Shown piece after piece: positions 9,993 to 20,289 of a stretch of DNA of 64,000 nucleotides (positions are counted from its first letter, which is position 1; every line of letters starts with the position of its first letter). The notes beneath the pieces were generated by a model. That model was not told the DNA's origin, did not search any database, and saw only the letters and a list, made by a program, of their open reading frames with translations. The translations under genes and the position numbers were made by a program. The stretch covers positions 2,368,001 to 2,432,000 of the forward strand of contig CAXXMB010000002.1 of assembly GCA_963668675.2 (NCBI GenBank), in the 5' to 3' direction. This stretch comes from an uncultured Desulfatitalea sp. (GTDB lineage: Bacteria > Desulfobacterota > Desulfobacteria > Desulfobacterales > Desulfosarcinaceae).

Positions 9993-11927
9993 TTATGCGA
10001 TGGCCTGGCTCATCACCTCTCCCACAAGACGGGAGAAGCGGCCCGGATTTTCGAGCTTGCCACCTTCGGCTATGACGGCCAGGTCATACAGCATATGGCT
10101 GTAATCCTTCAGAACCTCATTGTCGCGGTCCTTTTCGTAGATGGCCTTGATTTTGGCCATCACCGGATGGTCCATGTTCAGTTCCAGAACCCGTTTGATT
10201 TCGGGGGTTTTCTGACCGGCTGCGCGCATCAGTTTCTCCATGTAGGCGCTCATATCGTATGCCTCCCCGGAGAGACAGGCGGCCGACTCCTTCAGCCGGT
10301 CGGAGGCTTTGACCTCCTTGACCTTCTCCTCCAGCTGTCCCTTGATAAAGCTGAAGAGGGCTTTGAACTCCTCTTTTTTGGACGACTGTTCTTCGCCCAA
10401 CTCCAGGTCGCCTTTCTCCGCGCTTTTGAACGGTTTGCCGTCGAACTCGGTCAGGGACTGCATGGCCCATTCATCCACCGGATCGGCCATCAGCAACACT
10501 TCAAACGATTTCTCCTTGAGTTTCTCCAGTAGCGGGCTGTTGGACAGGGCGCTCAGATCGTCTCCGGTGATATAGTAGATCTCCTTCTGGTCGGGCTGCA
10601 TGCGTTTAACGTATTCGTCCAGTGAGACCCACTTGCCGTCGGACCGGGTCGTTTTGTAGCGTGCCAGGGCTGCGATCTTGTCCCGCTTGTTGGGGTCGGT
10701 GTAGATGCCCTCTTTGATGACGGGGCCGAACTCCTCGTAGAACGTTTCGTAATCTTCGGGCGACATCTCGTTGAGCAGATCAAGCACCTTCTTGACCAGG
10801 TTGTTGCGGATGTTCATCACCAGACGATCCTGCTGCAGGATTTCGCGGCTCACATTGAGATTGAGGTCGGGCGCATCGACAACCCCTTTGACAAAGCGCA
10901 GATATTCGGGCACCAGCTCCTTGCAGTCCTCCATGATAAAGACCCGTTTGCAGTAAAGCTGCACGCCGTGTTTGCGCTCAGGCTGGAAAAGATCGAAGGG
11001 TGCTTTGGAGGGGATGTAGAGCAGCATGTCGTATTCGGTGGTGCCTTCGAACTTCATGTGCAGACGGGCCAGGGGCGGGTTCCAGTCGTGGGCCAGGTGC
11101 TTGTAGAACTCTTCGTGGGTCTTGTCGTCCACGTCATCCTTGGGCTGGGACCAGATCGCCTTCATGGAGTTGATGGTCTCCTCTTCGACCACCTGGCGCT
11201 TGGTCTCTCCGATGGGTTTACCCTCTTTGTCCTTGATGATCTCTTCGTCGGGAATGGGGACCTCTTTCTCGACGTCCATCAGGATGGGATAGGCCACATA
11301 GTCGGAGTGCTGCTTGATGATTCTGCGGATCTGCCACTGATCGGTGAAATCGGATTCATCTTTTTCCGCCTTGCGCAGGTGCAGCGTGATGGCGGTGCCA
11401 CGCTGCTCTTTTGTTGTTGTTTCGATATCGAACTTACCGTCGCCGCTCGACTCCCAGCGTACGGCCTGATCTTTGGCGGCTCCGGCGGCCCGGGTGACCA
11501 GGGTTATCTTGTCGGCCACCATGAAGGCGCTGTAAAACCCGACGCCGAACTGTCCGATCAGTTCAGGGGTCAGCATCTCTGCGCTCTGGGCCTCTTTGAG
11601 CATCTCCATGAAGCCGGCGGTGCCGCTTTGGGCGATGGTGCCGATATTGTCCATCACCTCATCGAAGGTCATGCCGATGCCGTTGTCGCTGATCTCTAGG
11701 GTTTGGGCGATGCCGTCGCTCTTGATTTTGATCTTGAATTCGGCGTCGTCACCCAGCAGTTCCGGCTCGGTCTGGGATTTGAAGCGCAGTTTGTCGATGG
11801 CGTCCGACGCATTGGAGATCAGCTCCCTGAGGAAAATCTCCTTGTTGGAATAGAGGGAATTGATGATCAAATTGAGGATTTGACGAACTTCGGTCTTAAA
11901 TTGATGGGTCTGTTTTTTGCCTTCCAT
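9993..11927 (-). CDS. htpG: Molecular chaperone HtpG (Hsp90)
   Basis: [45 protein letters not shown]. Confidence 0.98.
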   Translation of the reverse strand: MEGKKQTHQFKTEVRQILNLIINSLYSNKEIFLRELISNASDAIDKLRFKSQTEPELLGDDAEFKIKIKSDGIAQTLEISDNGIGMTFDEVMDNIGTIAQSGTAGFMEMLKEAQSAEMLTPELIGQFGVGFYSAFMVADKITLVTRAAGAAKDQAVRWESSGDGKFDIETTTKEQRGTAITLHLRKAEKDESDFTDQWQIRRIIKQHSDYVAYPILMDVEKEVPIPDEEIIKDKEGKPIGETKRQVVEEETINSMKAIWSQPKDDVDDKTHEEFYKHLAHDWNPPLARLHMKFEGTTEYDMLLYIPSKAPFDLFQPERKHGVQLYCKRVFIMEDCKELVPEYLRFVKGVVDAPDLNLNVSREILQQDRLVMNIRNNLVKKVLDLLNEMSPEDYETFYEEFGPVIKEGIYTDPNKRDKIAALARYKTTRSDGKWVSLDEYVKRMQPDQKEIYYITGDDLSALSNSPLLEKLKEKSFEVLLMADPVDEWAMQSLTEFDGKPFKSAEKGDLELGEEQSSKKEEFKALFSFIKGQLEEKVKEVKASDRLKESAACLSGEAYDMSAYMEKLMRAAGQKTPEIKRVLELNMDHPVMAKIKAIYEKDRDNEVLKDYSHMLYDLAVIAEGGKLENPGRFSRLVGEVMSQAIA

Positions 11928-11970
11928 GGGTATGCCTCTCAAGCTCCTTTTTGATGGTTAATCCGGCTAA

Positions 11971-11999
11971 ATAATGGGTAAAAAAAATCAATTGTCAAG
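11971..11999 (-). promoter_or_regulatory. Putative htpG promoter (sigma32- or sigma70-like)
   Basis: Minus strand CTTGACAattgattttttttaCCCATTAT upstream of htpG. Confidence 0.5.
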
Positions 12000-12025
12000 G
12001 CAGTAGAGTGTGTTTCGAGAGGGAA

Positions 12026-13042
12026 CTATCTTGTGGCTTTGGTTTGCGGCGCTTCGGCCAGCATGGCTTGGCGTACCACCATGGATGCGGGAACCAGGGT
12101 GACGCTTTTTTTGAGGCGCGGGAGAAATGCGTTGATCGATTGGACGGTGTTGGGATGGGGATGGGCGATGCCCACGGCGTAACCCTGCCGGCGGGCGCGT
12201 CGGATCAGGCGCTCCAGCTGGGAGCGGATGAAGGCCGGATCGTCGACATGGTCGATAAAGATATCCCTCTCGGCGAAGGGCAGCTGAAGCAGATTGGCCG
12301 ATGGCCGTGCGACCGTTTCGGTGGTGGTGCGGCTGTCGACGTAGTAGAGATCCTGCCTCTTGAGAATCGAGAAGATCTGCCGCATCCGCTCGGGTGAGGC
12401 GGAGATCCTGGATCCCATGTGATTGTTGACGCCCTTGATACCTTGGATCTGGTCGAGATTTTGCCTCAGTTGGGAAATGAATTCGTCGGGGCTCATTTCG
12501 GAGAGCAGTGCACCAGGGCCTGGTTTGACCGTCGGATACTCATTGGGTTCCATGGGCAGGTGGAGCATGATCTCCAGCCCTTTGGCCCGTGCCCGCTTGA
12601 CGATGTGGCGACTGAAGGGGCTGTAGGGCAGCATGGAGAAGGTCAATGGCACGTCCATCTCCATGAATTGATTGGCGATGCGTTGGTCGTAGCCGATATC
12701 GTCGATGATGATGGCCACCAGGGGTGGGCGGTCTCCGGGCAGTTGCGGCAGACGTTTCAACGGCTTGGCCGGCGGACGGCTTTTGGAGAAGACCTCATAG
12801 GCCGGTTTTTGACTCTGGGGAGACACCACCTCCGGGATGGGATAGTGGCTGTCCGGTCGTATGGCGGCACTGGTGTGGTCGGTCGGCGTGCCGATGAGCC
12901 ATTTGGCCGCGACGCCAGCACCGAGCACCAGAACCACCAGTAGGGTGAGACTGCCAAAGATCTTGATGAGTTGGAGTGTTAGATCCGGACCCTTTTTCGA
13001 CCTTTTTTTGCGCCGTTTGACCGTGGTACCTTTTTTAGCCAT
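12026..13042 (-). CDS. Divergent polysaccharide deacetylase (YibQ family)
   Basis: AIIIDDIGY, MLHLPMEP, GVNNHMGS, DSRT, GIAHP; usual position after ctpA. Confidence 0.93.
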   Translation of the reverse strand: MAKKGTTVKRRKKRSKKGPDLTLQLIKIFGSLTLLVVLVLGAGVAAKWLIGTPTDHTSAAIRPDSHYPIPEVVSPQSQKPAYEVFSKSRPPAKPLKRLPQLPGDRPPLVAIIIDDIGYDQRIANQFMEMDVPLTFSMLPYSPFSRHIVKRARAKGLEIMLHLPMEPNEYPTVKPGPGALLSEMSPDEFISQLRQNLDQIQGIKGVNNHMGSRISASPERMRQIFSILKRQDLYYVDSRTTTETVARPSANLLQLPFAERDIFIDHVDDPAFIRSQLERLIRRARRQGYAVGIAHPHPNTVQSINAFLPRLKKSVTLVPASMVVRQAMLAEAPQTKATR

Positions 13043-14381
13043 TGCCCAGTTTCTTGAAAATATCGTAGCCGATCAAAATATCCAGGGCCCTTCGAACCTG
13101 GCTGTCCTTCATCAACTGCTCCGCACTCAAGGGACTCAACCGTGTTCTGATTGCGTCGTCGCTCTTTTTGTCCTTTGTCTTGTCCTGGGGGCCCGATTGC
13201 GTTTTACCGCTTTCGGCGTCCAGATGGTTGGCCAGATCCTTCTCCTTGAAAAGACGATCCGCCTCGGTGGCATCATCTTCTATGATACGGCGGGCTACCA
13301 CGATATCGGGCTCCACGCCCTTGGCCTGGATCGAACGGCCGCTCGGCGTATAGTAACGCGCAATGGTCAACTTCAAGGCGTAACCGTCGCTGAGGGGTTC
13401 GATGGACTGTACCGATCCCTTGCCGAACGAGGTGGTGCCGATGACGATGGCCCGTTTGTCATCCTGAAGTGCACCGGCCACAATCTCCGAAGCACTGGCG
13501 CTGCCACCGTTGATCAAGACAACCAGCGGGTAGGTACGCGGCGGGGTGCTTTTAGTGGCCGGATAGACTTTGGTGTGTCGTTTGAGCCGCCCCTTGCTGG
13601 TCATGATAATGCCCTCATCGATGAAGAGATCCGAGATGTCGATGGCTTGGTTTAGCACGCCGCCGGGGTTGTCGCGCAAGTCGAGAACAAGCCCCTTGAG
13701 GGGCGGATCGGCCTTCTCCAGCTTTTTGAGGGCCGACACTAAATCATCGTAGGTGTTTTCGCGGAAATGGGTGACCCACACATAGCCGTATCCGGGCTGC
13801 AGCTGGGTCGATTTGACGCTATGGATTGGAATCACGTCTCGAATGAGTTCGAAATCCAATGGCTTGGATTCGCCTTCTCGAATGACCGTGATGGTCACTT
13901 TGGTGTTTTTGGGACCACGCATCCGTTTGACCGCATCGGTCAGGTTGTCCGTGGGGGTGCCGTCCACCTTGACGATCTTGTCACCAGCCTGGATGCCTGC
14001 CCTGTAGGCGGGCGTCCCCTCGATGGGGGAGATGACCGTCACCAGGTTGTTGCGCATGGTCACATGAATGCCGATGCCGGTAAATTCCCCCTGGGTGTCG
14101 ATCTGCAGCTCCTTGAACGCTTCCGGGGTCAGCAGAGAGGAGTGGGGATCGAGACTGTTGACCATGCCCTGGATGGCATTTTCGATCATCTTCTGCTCGT
14201 CGACTTCATCGACATAGTTTTTTTCGACAATGTCGATGACATCCGAAAATATTTTGAGGCCCTTATATGTCGCGTCGCGATCGGCGGCAAGATTGCGGTA
14301 GGCGCCGGGCAGGAAAAGGGCGGCGGCAATAGCGATAATGCCGACCCATACCCAACGATAGCTGTTGCGGAATTTATGCAT
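13035..14381 (-). CDS. ctpA: Carboxy-terminal processing protease, S41 family (PDZ + S41)
   Basis: LDPHS, DLRDNPGG, SASASEIVAGAL, SFGKGSVQ, YYTPSGRSIQ. Confidence 0.95.
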   Translation of the reverse strand: MHKFRNSYRWVWVGIIAIAAALFLPGAYRNLAADRDATYKGLKIFSDVIDIVEKNYVDEVDEQKMIENAIQGMVNSLDPHSSLLTPEAFKELQIDTQGEFTGIGIHVTMRNNLVTVISPIEGTPAYRAGIQAGDKIVKVDGTPTDNLTDAVKRMRGPKNTKVTITVIREGESKPLDFELIRDVIPIHSVKSTQLQPGYGYVWVTHFRENTYDDLVSALKKLEKADPPLKGLVLDLRDNPGGVLNQAIDISDLFIDEGIIMTSKGRLKRHTKVYPATKSTPPRTYPLVVLINGGSASASEIVAGALQDDKRAIVIGTTSFGKGSVQSIEPLSDGYALKLTIARYYTPSGRSIQAKGVEPDIVVARRIIEDDATEADRLFKEKDLANHLDAESGKTQSGPQDKTKDKKSDDAIRTRLSPLSAEQLMKDSQVRRALDILIGYDIFKKLGNG

Positions 14382-14392
14382 GCGAGGCTCTC

Positions 14393-15820
14393 CTATCCTT
14401 TGTTGATCCATTCGAGCGGATCGATTGGTTTGCCGTGGTGGCGGATTTCAAAATGCAGCGCCGGGCCCATCAACGAACCGGAATCACCTACAGTTGCAAT
14501 CACTTCTTCTTTGTCAATGCGGTCGCCTTTGACCTTGAAGACCTCTTCCAGATGGGCGTAGACCGTATAGTAGTGATTGCCGTGGTCGATGATCAGCATG
14601 TTGCCGAACCCTTTAAACCAGCTTGAATAGATGGCGTATCCGTCAGAAACAGCCCGAATCGGCTCTCCCCGTTCGGCGCGGATGTTGATGCCGCTCTGAA
14701 AGTTGACCAGTTTTGCCTTCTCATCGCGATAAGGTCCGAAAAACGAAATGATCTTACCCTTTACCGGCCAATCGAGCAACCCCTTGTACGTTTCGAAAGG
14801 CCGGTTGTCATCAGCCGCGCCGGTCGCTATTTGCGCTGCTGCTTCGGCCGCCCCCGGTTGGAAGGCTGCCAAGGTGCTGTCCAGGGTTTTGGCCGCCTGA
14901 TGCAACGATTTGAAGGCGGCCTGCTCCAACTCCTTACGGCCGCGGATTTTTTTCAGCAGCGTGGTGCGTTTGTCCTGCTCGTTGTCCAGTACGGCAATAC
15001 GTTGGCTCAGTTCGATCTCCAGCGCTCTTTTTTCGGCCCGCTTGGCATTGAGCTGTTCCAGCATGGACTCGAGCTCTGTCTGGTCGGCGCGCAGTTTATC
15101 AAGTACGGCCTCATCCTGAGAGAGGATACGTTCCAGGGAAGATTTGCGTTGGATGAAGTCGTAAAACGAACCTGCCGTGGCCAATAGCTGCACCCTTCCA
15201 ATCCAGTTGAGCTTATAAAGGGCTTTCAGGCGCCGGGACGCATAGGCCTGGCCGGCCGCGATCTCCTTCTCCTTGGCCGCATAGTCTCTCCCGATCTCCT
15301 CCGTTCTCTTCTGCAACTCCTCAAGCCCTCGGCGTGTGGAGCGAACCTGACGCCGGTGTCGGTCAAGGGCCTGCTCTGATGCATTCATTTCATCGATCAC
15401 GGCCTGCTCTTTGCGGGTCACCTCATCGAGTTGTCTGCGAGACGCTTCGAGCTTCCCCTTAAGGGTTTCGGCCTCGTGCCGCAACTCCTTTAGCTCTTCC
15501 GGTTCAATGCCCTGGGCCGTGTCGACGGATCGAGCGGCCGATTCGTCTATGCTGATCAGGCGAAGAAGGCCCTTGTTCTCAAGAACATAGCCCTTGGTGC
15601 CGGCATGGTCGATTTTCAGCCATCCCTTTTCGCGCCCCAACACACGGACTCGGCTCTCCTTGGCCAGGCGCATCACCACGCGATACTTCTTACCCGGACC
15701 CGATCGCATGTTTAGATCGGACACTCGCACCACGCCCACTTCGACCGCCAGAGCGCTGCTGAGCCACAGCAACAGGCTGCCAAGGGTCAGGAGTGTTATA
15801 TGGATGGTCCGGTTGGTCAT
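14393..15820 (-). CDS. envC: Murein hydrolase activator EnvC-like (signal peptide, SH3b, coiled coil, degenerate M23)
   Basis: Start MTNRT overlaps ftsX stop (ATGA); LNMRSGPG SH3 motif; long coiled coil; WPVKG...GINI...LHFEIR. Confidence 0.85.
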   Translation of the reverse strand: MTNRTIHITLLTLGSLLLWLSSALAVEVGVVRVSDLNMRSGPGKKYRVVMRLAKESRVRVLGREKGWLKIDHAGTKGYVLENKGLLRLISIDESAARSVDTAQGIEPEELKELRHEAETLKGKLEASRRQLDEVTRKEQAVIDEMNASEQALDRHRRQVRSTRRGLEELQKRTEEIGRDYAAKEKEIAAGQAYASRRLKALYKLNWIGRVQLLATAGSFYDFIQRKSSLERILSQDEAVLDKLRADQTELESMLEQLNAKRAEKRALEIELSQRIAVLDNEQDKRTTLLKKIRGRKELEQAAFKSLHQAAKTLDSTLAAFQPGAAEAAAQIATGAADDNRPFETYKGLLDWPVKGKIISFFGPYRDEKAKLVNFQSGINIRAERGEPIRAVSDGYAIYSSWFKGFGNMLIIDHGNHYYTVYAHLEEVFKVKGDRIDKEEVIATVGDSGSLMGPALHFEIRHHGKPIDPLEWINKG

Positions 15821-16692
15821 TTTAAAAACTGTTTCAGTGAGATCCAGCATCCCAGCCATCCCACCAGGGTGCCGCTGACGACGATCAACAGGCAGATGGT
15901 GGCTGGAAAAAAGCGCAGGGTCAGCAGACCGCTGGCCAGGCTGGGTTGAAAATGGCTGGATAGAGAGAAGTAACCGACATAGAGGACGGCCAGTCCGATC
16001 AGGGTGCCCAGGCCGCCCTGAATCATGCCTTCCAGGTAGAAGGGGATTTTGATAAATCGGTCGGTGGCTCCCACCAGGCGCATGATTTCGATCTCGTCGC
16101 GCCGCGAATAGAGCACCAGGCGGATCGTGTTGGCCACGATAAAGACGGTGGCCATGAAGAAGAGTGCCCCGATGCCGTAGCCGGCGATACTGAAGAGGTT
16201 GATGATGTTGGTGAAGCGTTGAATCCACTGCTGGCCGTATTCAACCTCTTCGACGGCTGTCAGGTTCTGAATGCGCTCGGACAGAAACTGCAGCTCGTCA
16301 CTGTTGCGGGCAGCCGCCTGCAGGGTGACTTCAAAGGCGTCCGGCAGCGGATTCTCCTTGAGGTTCTCCAGGAGGGCCGAGTGGTGGGGCATCTGGCCCT
16401 TGAGCCGATCCATGGCCTCCTCCTTGGAGATGTAAATGGCATTCTGCACGCCGGCGATGCTTTGCAATCTGAATTTGGTGTCCAGGCGGGCAGCCTCCGA
16501 GGTGTTGGGCTTCAGATAGACCATCATGCGGATGCCCTTCTGCCATTGGGTCAGCAGGTCTCCGGCATTGACGAAAAAGAGGGCAAAGGCCGAAGCGATC
16601 AGTATGGAGAGGGCGATGGTCACTACCGTGATAGCCGTCAGGAAGCGATTCTCTTTGATGTCGTTGATGGCGCGTTTGAAAAACCGTTTCAT
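15817..16692 (-). CDS. ftsX: Cell division permease FtsX
   Basis: NTIRLVLYSRRDEIEIMRLVGAT, ENPLPDAF, VEEVEYG; follows ftsE. Confidence 0.96.
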   Translation of the reverse strand: MKRFFKRAINDIKENRFLTAITVVTIALSILIASAFALFFVNAGDLLTQWQKGIRMMVYLKPNTSEAARLDTKFRLQSIAGVQNAIYISKEEAMDRLKGQMPHHSALLENLKENPLPDAFEVTLQAAARNSDELQFLSERIQNLTAVEEVEYGQQWIQRFTNIINLFSIAGYGIGALFFMATVFIVANTIRLVLYSRRDEIEIMRLVGATDRFIKIPFYLEGMIQGGLGTLIGLAVLYVGYFSLSSHFQPSLASGLLTLRFFPATICLLIVVSGTLVGWLGCWISLKQFLK

Positions 16693-16711
16693 CTTAGATC
16701 AAGACTCCTGC

Positions 16712-17398
16712 CTATGCCGACTCGTTCGACCACAATTGGCCATCACGCAAATGCACCACTCTTGATGTGCTGCGTTGGAGTAAGTTTTTGTCGTGGGTGG
16801 CCACGATCACCGTGGTCCCTCGGGCATGAAACGCATCCAGGTAGTCCATGATGACGCCGGCGGCCTCTTCGTCCAGGCTGCCGGTGGGTTCGTCCGCCAG
16901 GATGATCTTGGGATCGCCCACAGCCGCCCTTGCCACGGCCACGCGCTGCTGCTCCCCGCCCGAAAGGCTTTGCGGCAACGCGCCCATGCGGTCCTCCATG
17001 CCGACGGTGCGCAGCACGCTCCTGACTTTTTTGTCGATCAGGCGCGGCTTGCGGCCGGCGGCCTCCAGAACCAGTGCAACGTTTTCGTACACCGTTTTGG
17101 TGGGAATCAATTTATAATCTTGGAAGATGATGCCGAATTTGCGTCTGAGCAGGGGGATACGACTGCGGCCGATGCGTGACAGATTCATGCCGTCGATCAG
17201 CACCTGACCCTCGGAGACAGGTTCGCCCAGGTAGAGCAGTTTGAGCAGGGTGGTCTTGCCCGCGCCGCTGCGGCCGGTGACAAACAGAAATTCGTTTTTG
17301 GAGATATCCAGGGTAACGTCTTTAAGTGCGAAGTTTTTGCCGTAACGTTTATGGATATGGAACAGTCGAATGATGGCATCACTGTTGGTCTGGATCAT
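16712..17398 (-). CDS. ftsE: Cell division ATP-binding protein FtsE
   Basis: GRSGAGKTT, IFQDYKL, LSGGEQQRVA, LADEPTG; start placed at MIQTN after GAGG. Confidence 0.96.
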   Translation of the reverse strand: MIQTNSDAIIRLFHIHKRYGKNFALKDVTLDISKNEFLFVTGRSGAGKTTLLKLLYLGEPVSEGQVLIDGMNLSRIGRSRIPLLRRKFGIIFQDYKLIPTKTVYENVALVLEAAGRKPRLIDKKVRSVLRTVGMEDRMGALPQSLSGGEQQRVAVARAAVGDPKIILADEPTGSLDEEAAGVIMDYLDAFHARGTTVIVATHDKNLLQRSTSRVVHLRDGQLWSNESA

Positions 17399-17473
17399 GT
17401 GCCTCAATGTCCCACGCCGGCCGTGCCGGTGTTGAAGGTGTAATCCCAATGCATGGTTTGAATATGAAACAAA

Positions 17474-17638
17474 GGCCAACCTTACGAATGTCGGCGACCG
17501 TCGATCGAACAGGTTGACCGGTGCAGGCTTCCCTGCTAAGAACACCGCTGAGTCCGAGGAGTGCTGCCCCCAGTTTTCCTTGCTCTGCCTCCGCTGAAAC
17601 CCATCAAACGGCTTCTTCCAATCAGTGGAGGCTTTTTT
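17474..17638. ncRNA. Candidate structured RNA or attenuator in the divergent ftsE-pyrE spacer (unidentified)
   Basis: Several stems by manual pairing: 17474-82/17511-19, gcagg/cctgc at 17523-36, 17587-97/17622-32 followed by T6. Confidence 0.45.
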
Positions 17639-17708
17639 ATCTCATAAGTGCTCTAAAATCAAGCACTTCTTCCCAGATGGCGCCGTGCAAACCAAGCTGG
17701 AGCAAAAA

Positions 17709-18266
17709 ATGAAAGCAGAACTGATCGCCCTTTTATGTGAAAAATCGTTCAAATATTCATCCAAACCGACGTTCAAGCTGGTGTCGGGCCGCATGAGCCA
17801 TTTCTACGTCAATTGCAAACCCACCATACTGAACCCCCGGGGGATGTACCTGGTGGGGCATCTGATGGCCGCCGCCATCGAAGACCTCAATCCCGACGGG
17901 GTAGGCGGGCTCACCTTCGGCGCCGATCCCATTGCAATGGCGACCGCATTTGCCTCGGAACTGAATGGGCGTCCGGTGCAGGCCTTCTCCATCCGCAAGG
18001 AGAAGAAGGACCATGGTATCGCCCGCTGGATCGAGGGGGACCTGGCGCCCGGTTCACGGGTGGTGGTGATCGATGACGTGGCCACCACCGGCGGGTCGAC
18101 CATTAAGGCCATCGAACGTGCCCGTGAAGAGGGACTGGAGGTCGTCCGCTCGGTGGTCCTGGTCGATCGCCAGGAGGGCGGACTGGAGAATATCCGCAAC
18201 CATGTGGACGATGTGCAGGCCCTGATCACCCGGGACGAACTGATGGCGCATATTGGTAAAAGCTAA
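17709..18266 (+). CDS. pyrE: Orotate phosphoribosyltransferase
   Basis: [27 protein letters not shown] motif [20 protein letters not shown]. Confidence 0.96.
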   Translation: MKAELIALLCEKSFKYSSKPTFKLVSGRMSHFYVNCKPTILNPRGMYLVGHLMAAAIEDLNPDGVGGLTFGADPIAMATAFASELNGRPVQAFSIRKEKKDHGIARWIEGDLAPGSRVVVIDDVATTGGSTIKAIERAREEGLEVVRSVVLVDRQEGGLENIRNHVDDVQALITRDELMAHIGKS

Positions 18267-18296
18267 AATTCTATCGCAATCTTCTATGAAAATGGC

Positions 18297-18420
18297 CCGG
18301 CGAGTCCAGTGGGTGGCCTGCACCTGACATAAACGCATTCAAGTGCCGCTAAGCGTCAATTCCGGGCGGCCCGGAAACTTGCTATCGCTCAAAAAGTCCT
18401 GGGCGCTGATCCTCCACTGC
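18297..18420. repeat. Degenerate, truncated copy of the 180-nt palindromic element
   Basis: tgccgctaag...tccgggcgg.cc...aaact.gct..cgctca.a.agt...tcctccactgc aligns by eye to 47709-47831. Confidence 0.6.
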
Positions 18421-18483
18421 CCCTAAAAAAAGGGGGGGATGGTGAGAATCGATTTTTGTTTAGAGAAGTGATCGGATCACCCT

Positions 18484-19479
18484 ATGAAACCATATAGCCT
18501 GGCGATAGTGGTGTGGCTGCTCTGCGCTGCTCTGGGAGACGGCTACGCTGCCGCTGACGATGGCCGCCGATTTGCTCATAGCGGGGACGGTCGGATCCAG
18601 CTGTACAGCAGTAAGAACGGCCGTTCATTTTCGGGTGAGTATGATTTGGGGGCGGGGAATTACGATCAAAAGGCCCTTGATCGGATCGCTTTGGTGTTTG
18701 GCTCTCCCAAAGGAGACCCTCTGGCCCATATTGCTTTGCGCCTGATCGCCTTTCTCGATTTTATCCAGGACCATTTCGATCCGACGGCCCGAATCGAGAT
18801 CGTTTCGGGGTGGCGTAGTCCGAACTACAACACCAAGCTGCGCAAGGATGGGCGCTTGGCGGCCACAGCCAGCCTGCATCAGTACGGGATGGCGGCGGAT
18901 ATCGTGATCGATGGGGTCTCTTCGGAAAGGGTGTGGCATTTTGTCCGTCGCCTCGGTTTCGGCGGCACCGGTTACTACCACGGCAGAACGGTGCATGTGG
19001 ATGTGGGTCCGGCCCGCTTTTGGGATGAGTCGAGTTCGGGTGTGGGAACCGGCCTCGCTGACGACAACAAGCTCATCGGCCTGGTAACCGATTGCGACCA
19101 GTACCGTCCCGGAGAGTTGGTGGTGCTCCGTTTTATCCGCATGACCGCTTTCCCCATCGGCGTGGTACCCGAATTTACACTGGAACGAATTGGCCCTAGT
19201 ACTGAGTCGCAAAAGGCCGCCGCCGGCCGCCCCGATTTCAATATCGGCATTGAAGGCGCTTGCCCTCGCTTCGCTGCCATCGCAGACATGATGAATATTC
19301 GTTATCGCCTGCCGAGTCAGCTGCCTCCCGGGGAATATACCATTTGTGCACGCTTTTGCGAAAGCGACTGGGAGGCGATGCCGGAGAAGGTTGCCACGCC
19401 ACCTTTTAAGATCGTTTCTTCCGCATTCCGTTTCTCCCCAACCACGGCCCCAGGCTCCGCAGCAGTATGGCGGCAATGA
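18484..19479 (+). CDS. YcbK/DUF882-like exported peptidase M15 protein with C-terminal extension
   Basis: Signal peptide; IVSGWRSP, SLHQYGMAAD, GYY...VHVDVG M15 Zn motifs. Confidence 0.85.
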   Translation: MKPYSLAIVVWLLCAALGDGYAAADDGRRFAHSGDGRIQLYSSKNGRSFSGEYDLGAGNYDQKALDRIALVFGSPKGDPLAHIALRLIAFLDFIQDHFDPTARIEIVSGWRSPNYNTKLRKDGRLAATASLHQYGMAADIVIDGVSSERVWHFVRRLGFGGTGYYHGRTVHVDVGPARFWDESSSGVGTGLADDNKLIGLVTDCDQYRPGELVVLRFIRMTAFPIGVVPEFTLERIGPSTESQKAAAGRPDFNIGIEGACPRFAAIADMMNIRYRLPSQLPPGEYTICARFCESDWEAMPEKVATPPFKIVSSAFRFSPTTAPGSAAVWRQ

Positions 19480-20254
19480 TCGTGCATCCGCCGATAATGG
19501 CGAGATCTCCCGGCCGTTCACCCAGCAACAGAAAAACCCAGACCGGATTGAGAATAGGCTCAAGAGTAGAGATCAACAGCGCTTCAAGAGCGGTCACATA
19601 ACGGATGGCGATGGAGAACAACGCATAGGCCAATCCGATCTGCACCAGCCCCAGCAGCACTAAGCCGATCCATCCCATGGCCGTGGGGGCCTCCCCGAAC
19701 ATGAAGGGCATGCCGACCACAGCAGCCAACAGGTTACCCAGGATGACCGATTGGACAGGATCGGCATCCTTCTGTTTACGCAGCAACAACGCAATCCAGG
19801 CGAAGCCAACGCCTGAAATCAATCCGGCCACATTGCCCCATAGGCCGCTAAGGGAGAGATCCTCCGAGAAGAAGAGCACCATTCCGGCGAGCACCATGGC
19901 AATGGCGATCCAATCGATATTGCAGGGCTTTTCTCCGAGAAACCAGTAGGCGAAGAAGGCGACATGCACGGGGGCCGTATATTGAAGGAGAATGGCGTTG
20001 GCTGCATTGGTCCACTTGGTGGCCAATACGAAGCTGGTAATGCAGAGGGCATAGGCCAACGCCCCGCCGATCATGTACCGGTTCATTTGCCATCTTTTGG
20101 GACGAAAGATCAGCAACAGGAAGAGGGCGGCGATGGCACCGCGCATACCTGAGATCCCCATGGGCGACCAATCCACCCACTTGATCAGAAGACCGCCGCT
20201 GCTCCAGCACAAGGCGGCCAATAGAAGCAGGCATATTCCGGTCGAGCGCTGCAT
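19406..20254 (-). CDS. EamA/DMT-family transporter
   Basis: About 10 TM, ANAILLQYTAP, LEPILNPVWV, FLGE/LLGE repeats. Confidence 0.92.
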   Translation of the reverse strand: MQRSTGICLLLLAALCWSSGGLLIKWVDWSPMGISGMRGAIAALFLLLIFRPKRWQMNRYMIGGALAYALCITSFVLATKWTNAANAILLQYTAPVHVAFFAYWFLGEKPCNIDWIAIAMVLAGMVLFFSEDLSLSGLWGNVAGLISGVGFAWIALLLRKQKDADPVQSVILGNLLAAVVGMPFMFGEAPTAMGWIGLVLLGLVQIGLAYALFSIAIRYVTALEALLISTLEPILNPVWVFLLLGERPGDLAIIGGCTIIAAILLRSLGPWLGRNGMRKKRS

Positions 20255-20289
20255 GTATCACCACGTTGTCGTCAAAAGCCAATGAGAGA

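Noticed and set aside
15821..16228. N-terminal 135 aa of the 611-aa ORF 14393..16228
   Set aside because: Overlaps ftsX in another frame; a signal peptide begins at MTNRT (15820), so the extension is an artefact.
17474..17638. RNase P RNA, 6S RNA or SRP RNA as the identity of the ftsE-pyrE element
   Set aside because: No GAGGAAAGTCC / ACAGAA-CGGCTTA, no end-to-end rod with central bubble, no CAGG-GGAA-AGCAG SRP core; only a short GAGCAAGG resemblance to RNase P.
17646..17668. CIRCE (HrcA) operator
   Set aside because: Arms are in the inverse order to TTAGCACTC-N9-GAGTGCTAA; no CIRCE found before htpG or dnaJ either.
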